Shown in pieces: positions 63,181 to 64,000 of a stretch of DNA of 64,000 nt. Below the pieces are notes generated by a model, which made no database searches, had not been told where the DNA came from, and was given only the letters and a program-made list of their open reading frames with translations. The DNA lies in NCBI GenBank assembly GCA_963665115.1, contig OY762007.1:3712001-3776000 (forward strand). The letters are read 5' to 3'. This DNA is from an uncultured Rivularia sp. (GTDB lineage Bacteria > Cyanobacteriota > Cyanobacteriia > Cyanobacteriales > Nostocaceae). The position numbers and the translations under genes are program-made. The stretch's first letter is position 1, and every line of letters starts with the position of its first letter.

Positions 63181-63289
63181 ATACAGCATTTTGCAGATGA
63201 ATGAGGTACAAAGTTATATTCTAAAAGTCTTGTGGGATGGGCATCCCTGCCCGTCTGAATGTACTTCACCAAAGTCAAATATGCTGTAT
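63181..63289. repeat. Small dispersed inverted-repeat element (ATACAGCAT...ATGCTGTAT)
   Basis: 9-bp terminal inverted repeat, internal GGGCA-TCCC-TGCCC hairpin. Confidence 0.55.
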
Positions 63290-64000
63290 CTACTGGAGTA
63301 CTTATGCCTTCATTAATTGAATATTTTGTTTGGATAGGAAATAGGTTTGGGGGAACAGGGAACCGTTATATAACAGAGTAATAATTATATAAATAATGCG
63401 AGCTTAACTAAGTAAGTCGGCAAAAATAAACCAAAGTATATTACATAATGTAAATTAGCTTCTCTTCAAGAACTCGCTTGCGCGTATAGAAAGCCTTGTT
63501 CCTACTCCCTATTCCCTTGTCCTAATTACTATTTTCAATACCAACCTACTTACTTAATAAGCAAAAAAAACTGGAAGCTAGTTATTTTTCTTAGCTTCCA
63601 GGAAGTGAGAGTATAAATTATTAGTACATTTCAGGACGATAATCCGCTTAAAAACCTGGGATCGGTATATTTAACTTTAGGTGCGGTTTATCATTAATAT
63701 TAGCGATATTTTTTTAATCGTTACTTATTCTATTTTCGCTAAGCTAATAATTTTCATTTTTATTAGCTCTAGTTGAAGAAAGTTTTAGAGTAGCTTTTAT
63801 GTTTATTAGGGGGAGGTAAAAGCTTAAATAAACTAAATTGGGAAAATTCACCGCTCTAGTTTATTTGTTTGAACTTCCTTGAAAAAAGAACCACCATTAG
63901 CAACGATCAAATATAGATATTAGCCAATAAGTTATATGCCCCATTTTTAGATTGCCTGCTCAATCAAATCAATACTGTTATTTTAATAATTAATCATAGT

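Noticed and set aside
62800..64000. Possible genes in the terminal 1.2 kb
   Set aside because: AT-rich, no ORF of 60 aa or more and no recognisable RNA gene; only small repeats and hairpins

Overview
AT-rich DNA from a filamentous cyanobacterium, most likely Nostocales (frequent HIP1 GCGATCGC, STRR-type 7-9-mer tandem arrays, small dispersed inverted repeats). Bases 1-19.6 kb hold mostly housekeeping and accessory genes: a P450 plus two Coq4-like genes sharing tandem operators with a TetR gene, a SucC/SucD-like pair lacking canonical catalytic residues, an ABC permease beside a largely deleted ATPase gene, pepP, DUF4332, a second TetR and an M16 peptidase pair. Bases 20-63 kb form one coherent ~43 kb secretion and glycosylation island. 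It has two parallel type I secretion modules (cNMP-domain C39 peptidase ABC transporter, HlyD, signal-less PpiC foldase). Each module sits directly upstream of small double-glycine-leader proteins: seven with leaders, including four near-identical tandem copies, plus one leaderless relative. Their cores are Cys-poor, Ser/Thr/Ala-rich and beta-patterned. The island also has two PEP-CTERM proteins and an RTX protein sharing one domain, a large RTX protein, three TPR-glycosyltransferases (GT2, GT2, GT41) and a CDP-sugar C-methyl/amino-sugar pathway. No classical RiPP maturase is present. My best hypothesis (inference) is an exported, glycosylated, surface-anchored fibre or amyloid matrix system rather than a bacteriocin. 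A non-autonomous IS607-like tnpB element lies near the right end. Three island genes carry four frameshifts that may be assembly errors. All assignments are by eye from motifs; no searches were run.
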